From: Thermodesulfobacteriota bacterium
GTDB taxonomy: Bacteria; Desulfobacterota_D; UBA1144; Nemesobacterales; UBA2774
DNA: 64,000 bases
Direction of reading: 5' to 3'
NCBI GenBank assembly: GCA_965216785.1
Contig: OZ244197.1
Span: 352,001-416,000, forward strand
This document shows, piece by piece, positions 9,761 through 19,013 of this stretch; the first letter of the stretch is position 1, and the number at the start of each line of letters is the position of its first letter. The position numbers and the translations under genes were made by a program. Under the pieces are notes generated by a model that saw only the letters and a list, made by a program, of their open reading frames with translations, did not search any database and was not told the origin of the DNA.

Positions 9761-10582
9761 GTGAATACATTGCTTAGACTGGGTACGGTGTCTTTTCTGA
9801 ACTCTAAACCGCTTACGTACGCAATTGAGGAAAATTTAGTAGATAATGATTTTGAGCTCGTGGCGACGCCCCCCGCGGAGCTGTCGGTGAAACTGCATAG
9901 CAGCGAGCTGGACGTGGCTTTAATCCCCGTTGCGGAGCTTCTGAAGAGAAATAGTTACTCTGTCGTTCCCGGCATATCCATATCTTCAAAAGGGACAGTG
10001 GATAGCGTAATACTATTAACAAAGTGCAATATAGATGAAGTAAATAAAATTGCCGTGGATAAGAGATCTCAGAGCTCTACGGCGCTGCTGAGGATAATTC
10101 TTGAGAAATTCTATGATCTCTCGCCTGAGTATGAGTCCAGAAGATATAAGCCGGGTAATCTGGACGGGGAATTTTTAAAAGACGCGGACGGGGGTATGCT
10201 GATAGGGGACGCGGGTCTTGAGTATATGTATAATCCTCCAGAGGGGTACAGGGTGTATGACCTGGGGGATATATGGACCGAGCACACCGGGCTTGCTTTC
10301 GTATACGCGGTTTTTGCCGTAAACGAGGGAGTTGAGCTTGGCAAAAACCTGGAAGCGCTACAGAAATCGAAAGCCTACGGTCTGTCGAATCTCCAAAAGA
10401 TTGCAGAGCTTGGGTCCCGGGAAACCGGACTGAGCAGAGAAATATGCTTTAAGTACATAAGCCAGAGCATTCGGTATGATCTGGGGCAATATGAGATAAA
10501 TGGAATTATAAAATACAGCGAGCTTCTTTCAGAGCTCGGTATATGTGATAAAATCACGGGTCTGAATATGTACCCCGGATGA
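9761..10582 (+). CDS. mqnA: Chorismate dehydratase (futalosine pathway)
   Basis: VSFLNSKPL, G.V.SV.L, S.SS.ALL, LIGD.GL, DLG..W...TGL.FVYAVF. Confidence 0.88.
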   Translation: MNTLLRLGTVSFLNSKPLTYAIEENLVDNDFELVATPPAELSVKLHSSELDVALIPVAELLKRNSYSVVPGISISSKGTVDSVILLTKCNIDEVNKIAVDKRSQSSTALLRIILEKFYDLSPEYESRRYKPGNLDGEFLKDADGGMLIGDAGLEYMYNPPEGYRVYDLGDIWTEHTGLAFVYAVFAVNEGVELGKNLEALQKSKAYGLSNLQKIAELGSRETGLSREICFKYISQSIRYDLGQYEINGIIKYSELLSELGICDKITGLNMYPG

Positions 10583-10608
10583 AATAAAGACAGCCAGGAG
10601 AAGATACG

Positions 10609-11442
10609 TTGAGCAAACTGAAAATGAAACTAGGGCACAGCCCGGACGCGGACGACGCGTTTATGTTTTACGCTATAGCAAAGCATAAAGTTCCTTCGGA
10701 CAGAATTGATTTCGAGCACGTAATCGAAGACATACAGTCGCTGAATAAACGGGCGCTGAACGCAGAGCTTGAGGTGACCGCAATATCGGCGCACGGATAC
10801 CTTTCGGTACAGGATAATTACAGAATAATGTCGTGCGGGGCAAGCATGGGTGAAGGGTACGGCCCGATTGTGGTGTCCAAAGAGCCGATAGATACGCTGG
10901 AGGGTAAAAAGATCGGGGTTCCCGGAAAACTTACCTCGGCGTTTTTACTACTCAGTATTTTTGAAGACGGTTTTATACCCGTAGAGATGGCGTTTGATGA
11001 AATAATGCCCGCGGTCGAGAACGGGGAAATAGAAACAGGGCTACTGATACACGAGGGGCAGCTTACATACGAAGAGGCGGGACTGCACATATACGCAGAC
11101 ATTGGTGAGCTCTGGGCAAAAGAAACGGATTTGCCTCTTCCTCTGGGGTTAAACGTCGTTAGGCGTGATTTTGATGAAGAGCTTCAGCGAGAGATTCTGA
11201 GAGTCCATAAAGAGAGCATTGAGTATGGTCTGGCACATAAGGAAGAGGCCCTTGAATACGCAATGGAATACGGAAGGGGAATGGAAGAAGAGGTCGGAGA
11301 GAAATTCGTTCTAATGTACGTAAACGAATATACAATTGATCTTGGTGAAAAAGGTAAGGCGGCACTCGAATATTTATTTAAAAGGGCGCACGACAAAGGT
11401 ATAATCGAAAAAGAAGCAAGGCTCGATATACTGGAGCCCTGA
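10609..11442 (+). CDS. mqnD: 1,4-dihydroxy-6-naphthoate synthase
   Basis: GHSPDADDAFMFYA, GEGYGP, LLIHEGQLTY, LPLPLG, MYVNEYT; TTG start after AGGAG. Confidence 0.9.
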   Translation: MSKLKMKLGHSPDADDAFMFYAIAKHKVPSDRIDFEHVIEDIQSLNKRALNAELEVTAISAHGYLSVQDNYRIMSCGASMGEGYGPIVVSKEPIDTLEGKKIGVPGKLTSAFLLLSIFEDGFIPVEMAFDEIMPAVENGEIETGLLIHEGQLTYEEAGLHIYADIGELWAKETDLPLPLGLNVVRRDFDEELQREILRVHKESIEYGLAHKEEALEYAMEYGRGMEEEVGEKFVLMYVNEYTIDLGEKGKAALEYLFKRAHDKGIIEKEARLDILEP

Positions 11443-11469
11443 AATCTGATTTCATAAACAGAAGGGATC

Positions 11470-12903
11470 ATGCCTCAAGAATTCGGGTTTTTGACAAACG
11501 GAAAATGGCTTAAGAGCAAAACAAAGAAGGAGATAAAAAGCCCTTATAACGACGAAGTAGCGGGCGTGATAAATATCCCCGATTTGGAAACCGCTGTTGA
11601 GTCCGTGGATTATGCGGAAAAAGCATATACCGAGACTAGAAAAAGCCCCTCACATCTTAGAAGAAGAATTCTGGACGAGATCGCCCGCGGAATCGGGGAA
11701 AGAAAAGAGGAATTCGCAAAAGCCCTTGTGCTAGAAGGCGGGAAACCTCTCAAGACAGCAAGGGTGGAAGTGGACCGCGCTATAACGACTTTCTCGATAG
11801 CTTCAGAGGAAACAAACAAGTTCGGCGAGGGCGAGCTTGTGCCCATAGACACCGTAGCCGGAAATGAGGGAATGTTCGGTATCACCAGGAGGTTCCCGCT
11901 CGGGGTAGTAATGGGAATATCCCCCTTTAATTTCCCTTTAAATTTAGTAGCTCATAAAGTGGCCCCGGCAATCGCGTGCGGCAACACTATGCTGCTGAAA
12001 CCAGCTTCACAGACTCCTATATCCGCACTCATGCTCGGGGAGATAGTAGCGGAGTCAGACCTTCCCCCGGGCGCGCTTAATATCCTGCCGCTTCCCGGAG
12101 CGTCGATAGAACCTGTGATGGATGACCCGCGGATAAAAAAAGTATCGTTCACTGGGAGCGATGAAGTCGGTTGGGAGCTGATGAAAAAGTATACTAAGAA
12201 AAAAGTGACGCTCGAGCTTGGCGGGAACGCGGCTGTAATAATTGATGAAGACCCTCCGGACCTGGATTTCGCAGCCAAGAGAAACGCTTGGGGAGCTTTC
12301 TATCAGGCGGGGCAGAGCTGTATATCGGTACAGAGAATGTATGTTCACGAGAAGATATTCGATGAGTATCTGGATAAATTCGTTACCGCTACGAAGGCGC
12401 TTAAGCTCGGAGATCCGATGCTCGAAGACACCGACATTGGCCCCGTGATTGACGATCATTCGGCTGAACGAATAGCGGCGTGGATAGATGAAGCGCTTGA
12501 GAAAGGAGCTGAGCTGATAACGGGAGGCGGGAGAGACGGGAGAATGATCGAGCCGACGGTATTAACTAATGTTCCGCTCGACGCGAATGTTTCCTGCAGC
12601 GAAGTGTTCGGCCCAGTAGTTCAGGTCGAAAAATACAGCGACTTTGACCTCGCACTCGAGCTGGCCAACAACACGCGCTACGGTCTTCAAGCAGGTTTGT
12701 TCACCAAGGATATGCAAAGGGCGTTCAAAGCTTATGAGACACTTGAAGTGGGAGGGGTAGTAGTTAACGATTACCCGAGCTTCAGGGTTGAAAACATGCC
12801 CTACGGCGGCGTCAAGGACTCGGGAGTCGGCAGGGAAGGACTCCGTTACGCAATAGAGGAAATGACCGAGTTAAAACTGATGGTAGTGAATTTGAATTAC
12901 TGA
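11470..12903 (+). CDS. NAD(P)-dependent aldehyde dehydrogenase (ALDH21/y4uC/lactaldehyde-DH-like clade)
   Basis: ISPFNFPLNLVAHKVAPA, FTGS, ELGGNA (catalytic Glu), GQSCIS (catalytic Cys), EVFGPV, PYGGVKDSG. Confidence 0.93.
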   Translation: MPQEFGFLTNGKWLKSKTKKEIKSPYNDEVAGVINIPDLETAVESVDYAEKAYTETRKSPSHLRRRILDEIARGIGERKEEFAKALVLEGGKPLKTARVEVDRAITTFSIASEETNKFGEGELVPIDTVAGNEGMFGITRRFPLGVVMGISPFNFPLNLVAHKVAPAIACGNTMLLKPASQTPISALMLGEIVAESDLPPGALNILPLPGASIEPVMDDPRIKKVSFTGSDEVGWELMKKYTKKKVTLELGGNAAVIIDEDPPDLDFAAKRNAWGAFYQAGQSCISVQRMYVHEKIFDEYLDKFVTATKALKLGDPMLEDTDIGPVIDDHSAERIAAWIDEALEKGAELITGGGRDGRMIEPTVLTNVPLDANVSCSEVFGPVVQVEKYSDFDLALELANNTRYGLQAGLFTKDMQRAFKAYETLEVGGVVVNDYPSFRVENMPYGGVKDSGVGREGLRYAIEEMTELKLMVVNLNY

Positions 12904-12933
12904 GCTTAATTACAGAAGGGACTTAAAAAGAAC

Positions 12934-13593
12934 TTATCCGGCTTTTTTACCAATAAAATTCAAACCCGACAGAACTTCTAAAGTCTTATTATTACTTTTC
13001 CTAGATAAAAATTCTGCTAAATCCTCCGGCTGGTCTATATCAAGAGCAATCCTTGGGTTCCTATGGGTATCAAAGGGAATTCCCTTCTCCGTAGCCTCAT
13101 CCATGTGCTTTCTGAAGCTATCGTCACCGAACCTTGAGGGAATCGAATCTGGAGGTTTTCTCAATATAGCGTTAGTGCCGAAGTCGTCTCTTGCAGGAAC
13201 GAGAATTACAGAAGGGGATTCGCTCTCTTTCTCAAGAACAGAATCAATATCCTGTGAAGTAATCAGAGGAGCGTCTCCGGGGATAACGAGAACAGACTCA
13301 GCCCCCTTATCCATACAAACCCTGGAGGCGTAATCCACAGAGTGGCTTTCACCCTTCTGCTCGGTTTCCTCTATCACCTCTATACCGTAAGAGAGCGCGA
13401 TCTCGATGGCTCGGCGGTCCATGGTGACGATGAATCGACGGTCTGCGAGTTTTGAGCCTTGTACCGCAATCAGCACGTCCTCAAGCATGGCATAGGCAAG
13501 AGCAGTCCTGTCTTCCTGAGACAGTATGGAGGATAATCTCTCCTTGGCTTTAGACAGGTCCTTTACGGGAACTATGACAAATTTCATATTCAC
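12934..13593 (-). CDS. cofC: 2-phospho-L-lactate/PEP guanylyltransferase (F420 biosynthesis)
   Basis: VPVKDLSKAKERLS, PGDAPLI, GTNAI, RFGDDSFRKH, LDIDQPEDL. Confidence 0.9.
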   Translation of the reverse strand: MNMKFVIVPVKDLSKAKERLSSILSQEDRTALAYAMLEDVLIAVQGSKLADRRFIVTMDRRAIEIALSYGIEVIEETEQKGESHSVDYASRVCMDKGAESVLVIPGDAPLITSQDIDSVLEKESESPSVILVPARDDFGTNAILRKPPDSIPSRFGDDSFRKHMDEATEKGIPFDTHRNPRIALDIDQPEDLAEFLSRKSNNKTLEVLSGLNFIGKKAG

Positions 13594-13781
13594 TCAATGT
13601 TAGACTAAATTTAGTATCTTTCCGATTCACATATTAGCATCATAAGATGAACCGGAAGAACGATATAATACCCAAATTAAATTAATTCTACAGACTAGCT
13701 ACTTAGGAGCCGATATGGAAAATTTCTTAGTCATTGGCTAATGGCGCTAATCACAAGTTATAATTCTCCCGGAGCTTTATC

Positions 13782-16670
13782 ATGCAAAAGGACGCACTTT
13801 ACCAAGACCTTGAAGACTCCCTCAAAAAAGAGCTAAGGGGAGAGGTGCGTTTCGATAAGATAAGTAAGATCCTTTACAGCACTGACGCGAGCAATTATAA
13901 GATTGAGCCGATCGGGCTGGTAATACCAAAAACGGTCGAGGATGTAATTGCGGCGGTGAGAGTCTCCGCAAGCTACGGAGTCCCTATACTACCGAGAGGC
14001 GGGGGCACAAGCCTGACGGGTCAGTCCATAGGGCACGCGGTGATCATAGATTTTTCCAAATACTTAAACAAGGTCATAGATGTCGATAGGGATTCAAGGA
14101 CAGCGCGAGCGCAGCCGGGCATATACCTCGATAACCTGAACCGTGAGCTAAGAGCACACGGCTTGATGTTCGGTCCCGACCCCTCTTCCTCGAAGGTTGC
14201 GACGCTTGGGGGCGTGGTAGGGACCAACGCCACGGGAGCTCATTCTATCCTCTACGGAATGGCGGGAGACAACGTCCTGGCTTCAAAGATAATATCGGCT
14301 GAAGGCGATATTTTCGACTTACACGCTGTTACGAAAAAAGAGCTCACACCAAAATTAAAAGAGAATGATGCAGCCGCGCTACTTTACACAAAGCTTCAAG
14401 GGCTCAGAAACAAATATTCTGATATTATTGAAAACAATTTCCCCCGTCACTGGCGGCGCTCATCGGGCTACAGCTTAAATTACATGCTCGAGGAGCCGTT
14501 CAACCCCTCTAAACTGCTCGCGGGATCCGAAGGGTCACTCGCTATTCAATCTGAATTCACGCTGAAGCTCGAGCCACTGCCCAAGCTTACAGGTCTTGCA
14601 GTACTTCAATTCGAGGACTTTACGGGAGCCATGGAGTCGGTCCCCTTTATACTCGAGCACGGACCCTCGGCAATTGAACTGATAGACAGCACTTTGATAG
14701 AACTTACGAGAGAGCACAGAGGGTTTTCCTCCATGCTCTCCTTTGTAGACGGCAGTCCTGAGGCTATTTTAGCCGTAGAGTTTTACGGAACGAGTGAAAA
14801 AGAAATCGGAAAGAAAACTAAAAACCTCATATACGCGCTCAAGAGGAGAAATACCCGCTTTAGCGCAAGCACCGCGCTTACGCCCAAAGCGCAGGCAAAC
14901 GTGTGGAACGTAAGGAAGGCGGGGCTCGGGCTCCTGGTGAGTAAGCCGGGAGAGTTTAAGCCCATAGCCTGTATAGAAGACGTATCCGTTCCGGTGGATA
15001 AGCTGGCCGAATATGCCCGCAGCATTAAGCGACTCACAAACAAGCTCGGCTCGAGGGCCGCATTTTACGGACACGCGAGCGCCGGCTGCCTGCACGTAAG
15101 ACCCTTCGTCAATCTGAAAACGAGCGGCGGAGTCAGGATTATGGAAGAGCTGAGCGAAGAAGCGCTTAAGCTTACGGAAAAACTGGGGGGCGTAATGAGC
15201 GGTGAGCACGGGGACGGCGTTCAGAGAAGCTATTTAAACGAGCGGCTTTTCGGAGATGAGTTATATGGAGCCATGAAGGAGCTGAAGAGCGCATTTGACC
15301 CTGAAGCAAGACTCAATCCCGGTAAGATTGTTGAGCCGTTATCTCCAGCTCAGAACCTGCGCTACGGAGCAGCTTATGAAACAATAAAACTGAAAACAAA
15401 CCTGGATTGGTCTCTTGATGCTGGATTTGACCGTGCTGTAGAAATGTGCAACGGACAGGGAGTGTGCAGGAAGCTGGATGAGGGCATAATGTGCCCCTCT
15501 TACAAGGCGACACGTGACGAGAAAGACACCACAAGAGCAAGGGCGAACGCGCTTAGGGCCGTACTGTCGGGGGGGCTATCCAAAGAGGCGCTTACGAGCA
15601 AAGAAATGTATGAAATCTATGATCTGTGTATATCCTGTAAGGCTTGTAAGACGGAGTGCCCTTCGAAGGTGGATGCGGCAAAGATGAAGCTTGAATTCCT
15701 GAGTCATTATAATAAATCGCACGGGCTCTCTTTAAGACGGCGGCTTTTCGGACACGTTCATGATCTGAGCAAATACTCTTCGCGTATCCCACAACTATCA
15801 AACCTAATGATAGACAACCCCGTAACCAAGACAATACTGTCCAAAATGGGAATCGCGTTTGAGCGTACTCTCCCCTTGGTGTCGACCGAAAATTTTGCCG
15901 CCTGGTTTAAGAGGAGAAACAGGCGCGCAGAAAATTACAATGGGAAGAAGGTGGTCTATTTTCACGATACGTGGGCTTCTTATTACATGCCCGAAGCAGG
16001 AAAAGCAGCGGTAAGGCTTCTGGAAGCCGCGGGGTTTGAAGTTGTACTGGAAGAGAAAAGGGTATGTTGCGGGAGGCCGATGCTGAGTGAAGGGATGGTG
16101 GAAGAGGCGCGAGAGTTGTCGTGGAAAAATGTATCTACACTGCTTCCTTACGTAAACGAAGGAATTCCTATAGTCGGCACTGAGCCAAGCTGTATTTTGA
16201 CTTTCAGGGACGAGTACCTGTACCTGCTGCCCGAAGATAAATACGCAAAGACCCTGGCTGATAACAGCTATCTATTGGACGAGTTTTTGTACGGCCTTTA
16301 TAAAAAAGGGGAGCTCGACATTAAGTGGAAAGACGACGGACCCGAGGTTATTTATCACGGGCACTGTCACGAGCGCTCGATGGTCGGAGACGATAGCGCG
16401 CTAGAGCTTCTGGAGCTATCGGGGTGCAGAGTGGAGCCGAGCGGCGGTGGCTGCTGTGGAATGGCGGGCGGCTTTGGGTATGAGAGCGAGCACTACGGCG
16501 TCTCTCGCGCCATTGGAGAAGACAGGTTGTTCCCGAAGGTTAAAGAGGCGGGCTACGACACCGTAATCGCAGTTTCGGGCTTTTCTTGCGGACATCAGAT
16601 TGAGCATTTTACAGCAAGACAAACGAAACATATAAGCATGGTTCTGGCCGATCAGCTGAGAGAAAGCTGA
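13782..16670 (+). CDS. FAD-binding and Fe-S oxidoreductase (D-2-hydroxyacid/D-lactate dehydrogenase, YdiJ-like)
   Basis: YSTDAS, PRGGGTSLTGQ, GHASAGCLH, GEHGDG, CNGQGVC..MCPS, CISCKACKTECP and two CCG domains. Confidence 0.92.
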   Translation: MQKDALYQDLEDSLKKELRGEVRFDKISKILYSTDASNYKIEPIGLVIPKTVEDVIAAVRVSASYGVPILPRGGGTSLTGQSIGHAVIIDFSKYLNKVIDVDRDSRTARAQPGIYLDNLNRELRAHGLMFGPDPSSSKVATLGGVVGTNATGAHSILYGMAGDNVLASKIISAEGDIFDLHAVTKKELTPKLKENDAAALLYTKLQGLRNKYSDIIENNFPRHWRRSSGYSLNYMLEEPFNPSKLLAGSEGSLAIQSEFTLKLEPLPKLTGLAVLQFEDFTGAMESVPFILEHGPSAIELIDSTLIELTREHRGFSSMLSFVDGSPEAILAVEFYGTSEKEIGKKTKNLIYALKRRNTRFSASTALTPKAQANVWNVRKAGLGLLVSKPGEFKPIACIEDVSVPVDKLAEYARSIKRLTNKLGSRAAFYGHASAGCLHVRPFVNLKTSGGVRIMEELSEEALKLTEKLGGVMSGEHGDGVQRSYLNERLFGDELYGAMKELKSAFDPEARLNPGKIVEPLSPAQNLRYGAAYETIKLKTNLDWSLDAGFDRAVEMCNGQGVCRKLDEGIMCPSYKATRDEKDTTRARANALRAVLSGGLSKEALTSKEMYEIYDLCISCKACKTECPSKVDAAKMKLEFLSHYNKSHGLSLRRRLFGHVHDLSKYSSRIPQLSNLMIDNPVTKTILSKMGIAFERTLPLVSTENFAAWFKRRNRRAENYNGKKVVYFHDTWASYYMPEAGKAAVRLLEAAGFEVVLEEKRVCCGRPMLSEGMVEEARELSWKNVSTLLPYVNEGIPIVGTEPSCILTFRDEYLYLLPEDKYAKTLADNSYLLDEFLYGLYKKGELDIKWKDDGPEVIYHGHCHERSMVGDDSALELLELSGCRVEPSGGGCCGMAGGFGYESEHYGVSRAIGEDRLFPKVKEAGYDTVIAVSGFSCGHQIEHFTARQTKHISMVLADQLRES

Positions 16671-17713
16671 GAGATAAAATCCTGCATAAACTGTACTAGT
16701 TTTTCAAAACCCTCAGGTGACGATACGGGGCTTCTCAGCTCCCGTACTATCTCGAGCTGCATTGAAGGAACACCGAGATTCCTTGCCGCATACTTAGTTA
16801 CTGTCATCTGCCTAGCAGCCGGAAAGACGTCCTCACCGCCGATACTAACGCCCAAAGAGACTGATGAGCTTAAGAGCGCATCGAAATAATGCTCTTTACC
16901 GAGCAGGAACTCTCTTGCCTCACCTGTGCCGGGGAATACCTCGGCACTCCGCCCGGGCCCTGTGCCGTGGAGATCGACCAGGAACTTAAAATCCGCTCTG
17001 CCGCTTATCTCTAAGAGTTTTTCCTTGAAGGGTGAGTCATCATAGTAGTTCGGATCGATTTGAGAGAGACTATTCGTATATAAAACATGACACCCCATAG
17101 TGTTGTGTAGGAGGGAGGAAAGGGCTCCGGTGAAAAACTCCTGACGCTTAAGCTTCCCCATACGCACATGGGCCGTAGCGTGTGGGGCCGTAATAAGGAC
17201 CGGCACATTTCCGCTTATGTATATTTGCTGATCCGAACTGTTTGAGAACTGCTCTTTATATGCCTTTTCCTGTAGATTCTCAAAATTTACGGCAAACGCC
17301 GTTGGGTCTGTTTTAGCAAGAGATGAGTACCGTCTCCAGGAGCCATCTTCGATTTTGTTCTCAAAAGTAGTCTTGGCTTTGAGTGAAGCTCCCGCACGGT
17401 AACTGAAAAATTGTATGCCGTCATGGCTTAGCAGAACCCTCTCGAACAAACCCGAATCTACATGCTCTACAAGATCGAGCTCTTGCAGCTTCCCCTCGGG
17501 GTCGGGCATATGATAAAGCTCGCCGGAGATAGTATCGTCTGATCCGGGGTCAAACGTCGCTGCCGGGTAGCGGCTGCCCATATCGTATAGACTTCCGGGA
17601 ACTTCAAGGACTCCTATAAGACGGCAATCACTCATGTAGTGACACCTCTTCTCACCCTTGAGAAGAGTTCCATATACAAAAAGGGTTTTGCATAAGTCCG
17701 TCATTTCTGCCAT
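16652..17713 (-). CDS. Gamma-glutamylcyclotransferase (AIG2-like) fused to a Zn-dependent hydrolase (N-formylglutamate amidohydrolase/poly-gamma-glutamate hydrolase-like)
   Basis: N-terminal LFVYGTLLKG...YP...GELY...LDLVE; C-terminal ITAPHA...E.FTG...DPN...VDLHG...MQLEI. Confidence 0.75.
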   Translation of the reverse strand: MAEMTDLCKTLFVYGTLLKGEKRCHYMSDCRLIGVLEVPGSLYDMGSRYPAATFDPGSDDTISGELYHMPDPEGKLQELDLVEHVDSGLFERVLLSHDGIQFFSYRAGASLKAKTTFENKIEDGSWRRYSSLAKTDPTAFAVNFENLQEKAYKEQFSNSSDQQIYISGNVPVLITAPHATAHVRMGKLKRQEFFTGALSSLLHNTMGCHVLYTNSLSQIDPNYYDDSPFKEKLLEISGRADFKFLVDLHGTGPGRSAEVFPGTGEAREFLLGKEHYFDALLSSSVSLGVSIGGEDVFPAARQMTVTKYAARNLGVPSMQLEIVRELRSPVSSPEGFEKLVQFMQDFISQLSLS

Positions 17714-17723
17714 ATGATAAACA

Positions 17724-18956
17724 TTATGTCCGGGAGTAGAGAATATTTCCCCTGACCATTAGCATGTCTAAATTATCACTTGTAGACGATATTACGGACA
17801 AGTAGGGATCGTTTGAGCGGTTATCGGAGTTAAGAAAAATGAGATCGGCCTCTTTCCCTATTTCAATGCTGCCGGTTTTATCCTCTATGTATAACGCTCT
17901 AGCGCCGCCCAGAGTGGCGCAGTAAACAGATTTAGCTGCAGCGTCTTTCCCCAGAGTAAGCGACATCAGCAGATGGAGCGAGCGGAGCTCTTCAAAATAG
18001 TCAAGGTTATAGTTACTCGAAAGCCCGTCGGTGCCGAGCCCCAACCTGTCAAGACCATTATAATTTTCAAGTGGGGGGATTCCTACCTGAAGAAATAAAT
18101 TACTTCTCGGGCATAGTACAATACCAACGTTTTTATCTCGAATCTCTTGAACTTCTTGTGGGTTTACCTGAACCATATGCACCGTGGTAACCCCGGAGTC
18201 ATCGAAAAAACCCATTTCACCCAGATACGAGAACGGAGTATCGGCCATATTTCTTGAAAACGGTTTTTTATTTATTATCGGGAATATCGTACTCTCAAAA
18301 GCGTTCTCTTTTCCGCGCACGAACTCCATTTCATTGGGGCTTTCAGCAAGGTGGATACCAAGAGGTATATTATTCCTTTTATGAGATTGCAGTACCTTTT
18401 TAAGAAGTCCGGGTGAGCATGAGTAAGGAGCATGCGGAAAGAGTCTTTCCTGAAACAACGGCAGGTTTTCAAAATTGTCCAGATCACACGTCTCTTCCTT
18501 TGAATCAAGAATTTCTCTAAAGAGCACAGTTCTTAAGCCCGAGCGCTTTAATATAGGGATATCAATTCCCCCGTAAGAGGAAATCTCGCCTATGGTTGTG
18601 ACTCCGCTCGACAAAATGGTCTCTATACCGTCTTTAACGGAGCTCTCTATGGTCTCTTCCGCAATCGGCTCTCTCTTTGCTTTTATAATTTGCTTGAGCC
18701 AGCCTGTAAACCCCTGAAATAAGCCTATTTTTTCTTTAATCCATCCAAGCTCAAGGTGCACGTGGGCGTTTATAAAACCCGGCATGAGCACACCGCTGCC
18801 GAGCTCAATCACCTTAGCGCCCTGATAGGTCCTTATGAGTTTTTGCGCCGGACCTATGTCCTTGATAACACCGTCTTGTATCAGGACGGCCGAATTATTC
18901 ATTGGAGGAGAAGAGATCGGAAGTACTGTATCTGAGGTTAAAAGAAGCTTACTCAT
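17724..18956 (-). CDS. Metal-dependent amidohydrolase, probably aminodeoxyfutalosine deaminase-like
   Basis: PGFINAHVHLE, PHAPYS, HLAES, CPRSN, GTDGLSSN; mqnA and mqnD lie about 7 kb away. Confidence 0.8.
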   Translation of the reverse strand: MSKLLLTSDTVLPISSPPMNNSAVLIQDGVIKDIGPAQKLIRTYQGAKVIELGSGVLMPGFINAHVHLELGWIKEKIGLFQGFTGWLKQIIKAKREPIAEETIESSVKDGIETILSSGVTTIGEISSYGGIDIPILKRSGLRTVLFREILDSKEETCDLDNFENLPLFQERLFPHAPYSCSPGLLKKVLQSHKRNNIPLGIHLAESPNEMEFVRGKENAFESTIFPIINKKPFSRNMADTPFSYLGEMGFFDDSGVTTVHMVQVNPQEVQEIRDKNVGIVLCPRSNLFLQVGIPPLENYNGLDRLGLGTDGLSSNYNLDYFEELRSLHLLMSLTLGKDAAAKSVYCATLGGARALYIEDKTGSIEIGKEADLIFLNSDNRSNDPYLSVISSTSDNLDMLMVRGNILYSRT

Positions 18957-19013
18957 GGCTTTGATAGTTTATTGGTTATAAAAACGAATATATTTGAGAA
19001 TAAGGAGCGCATA

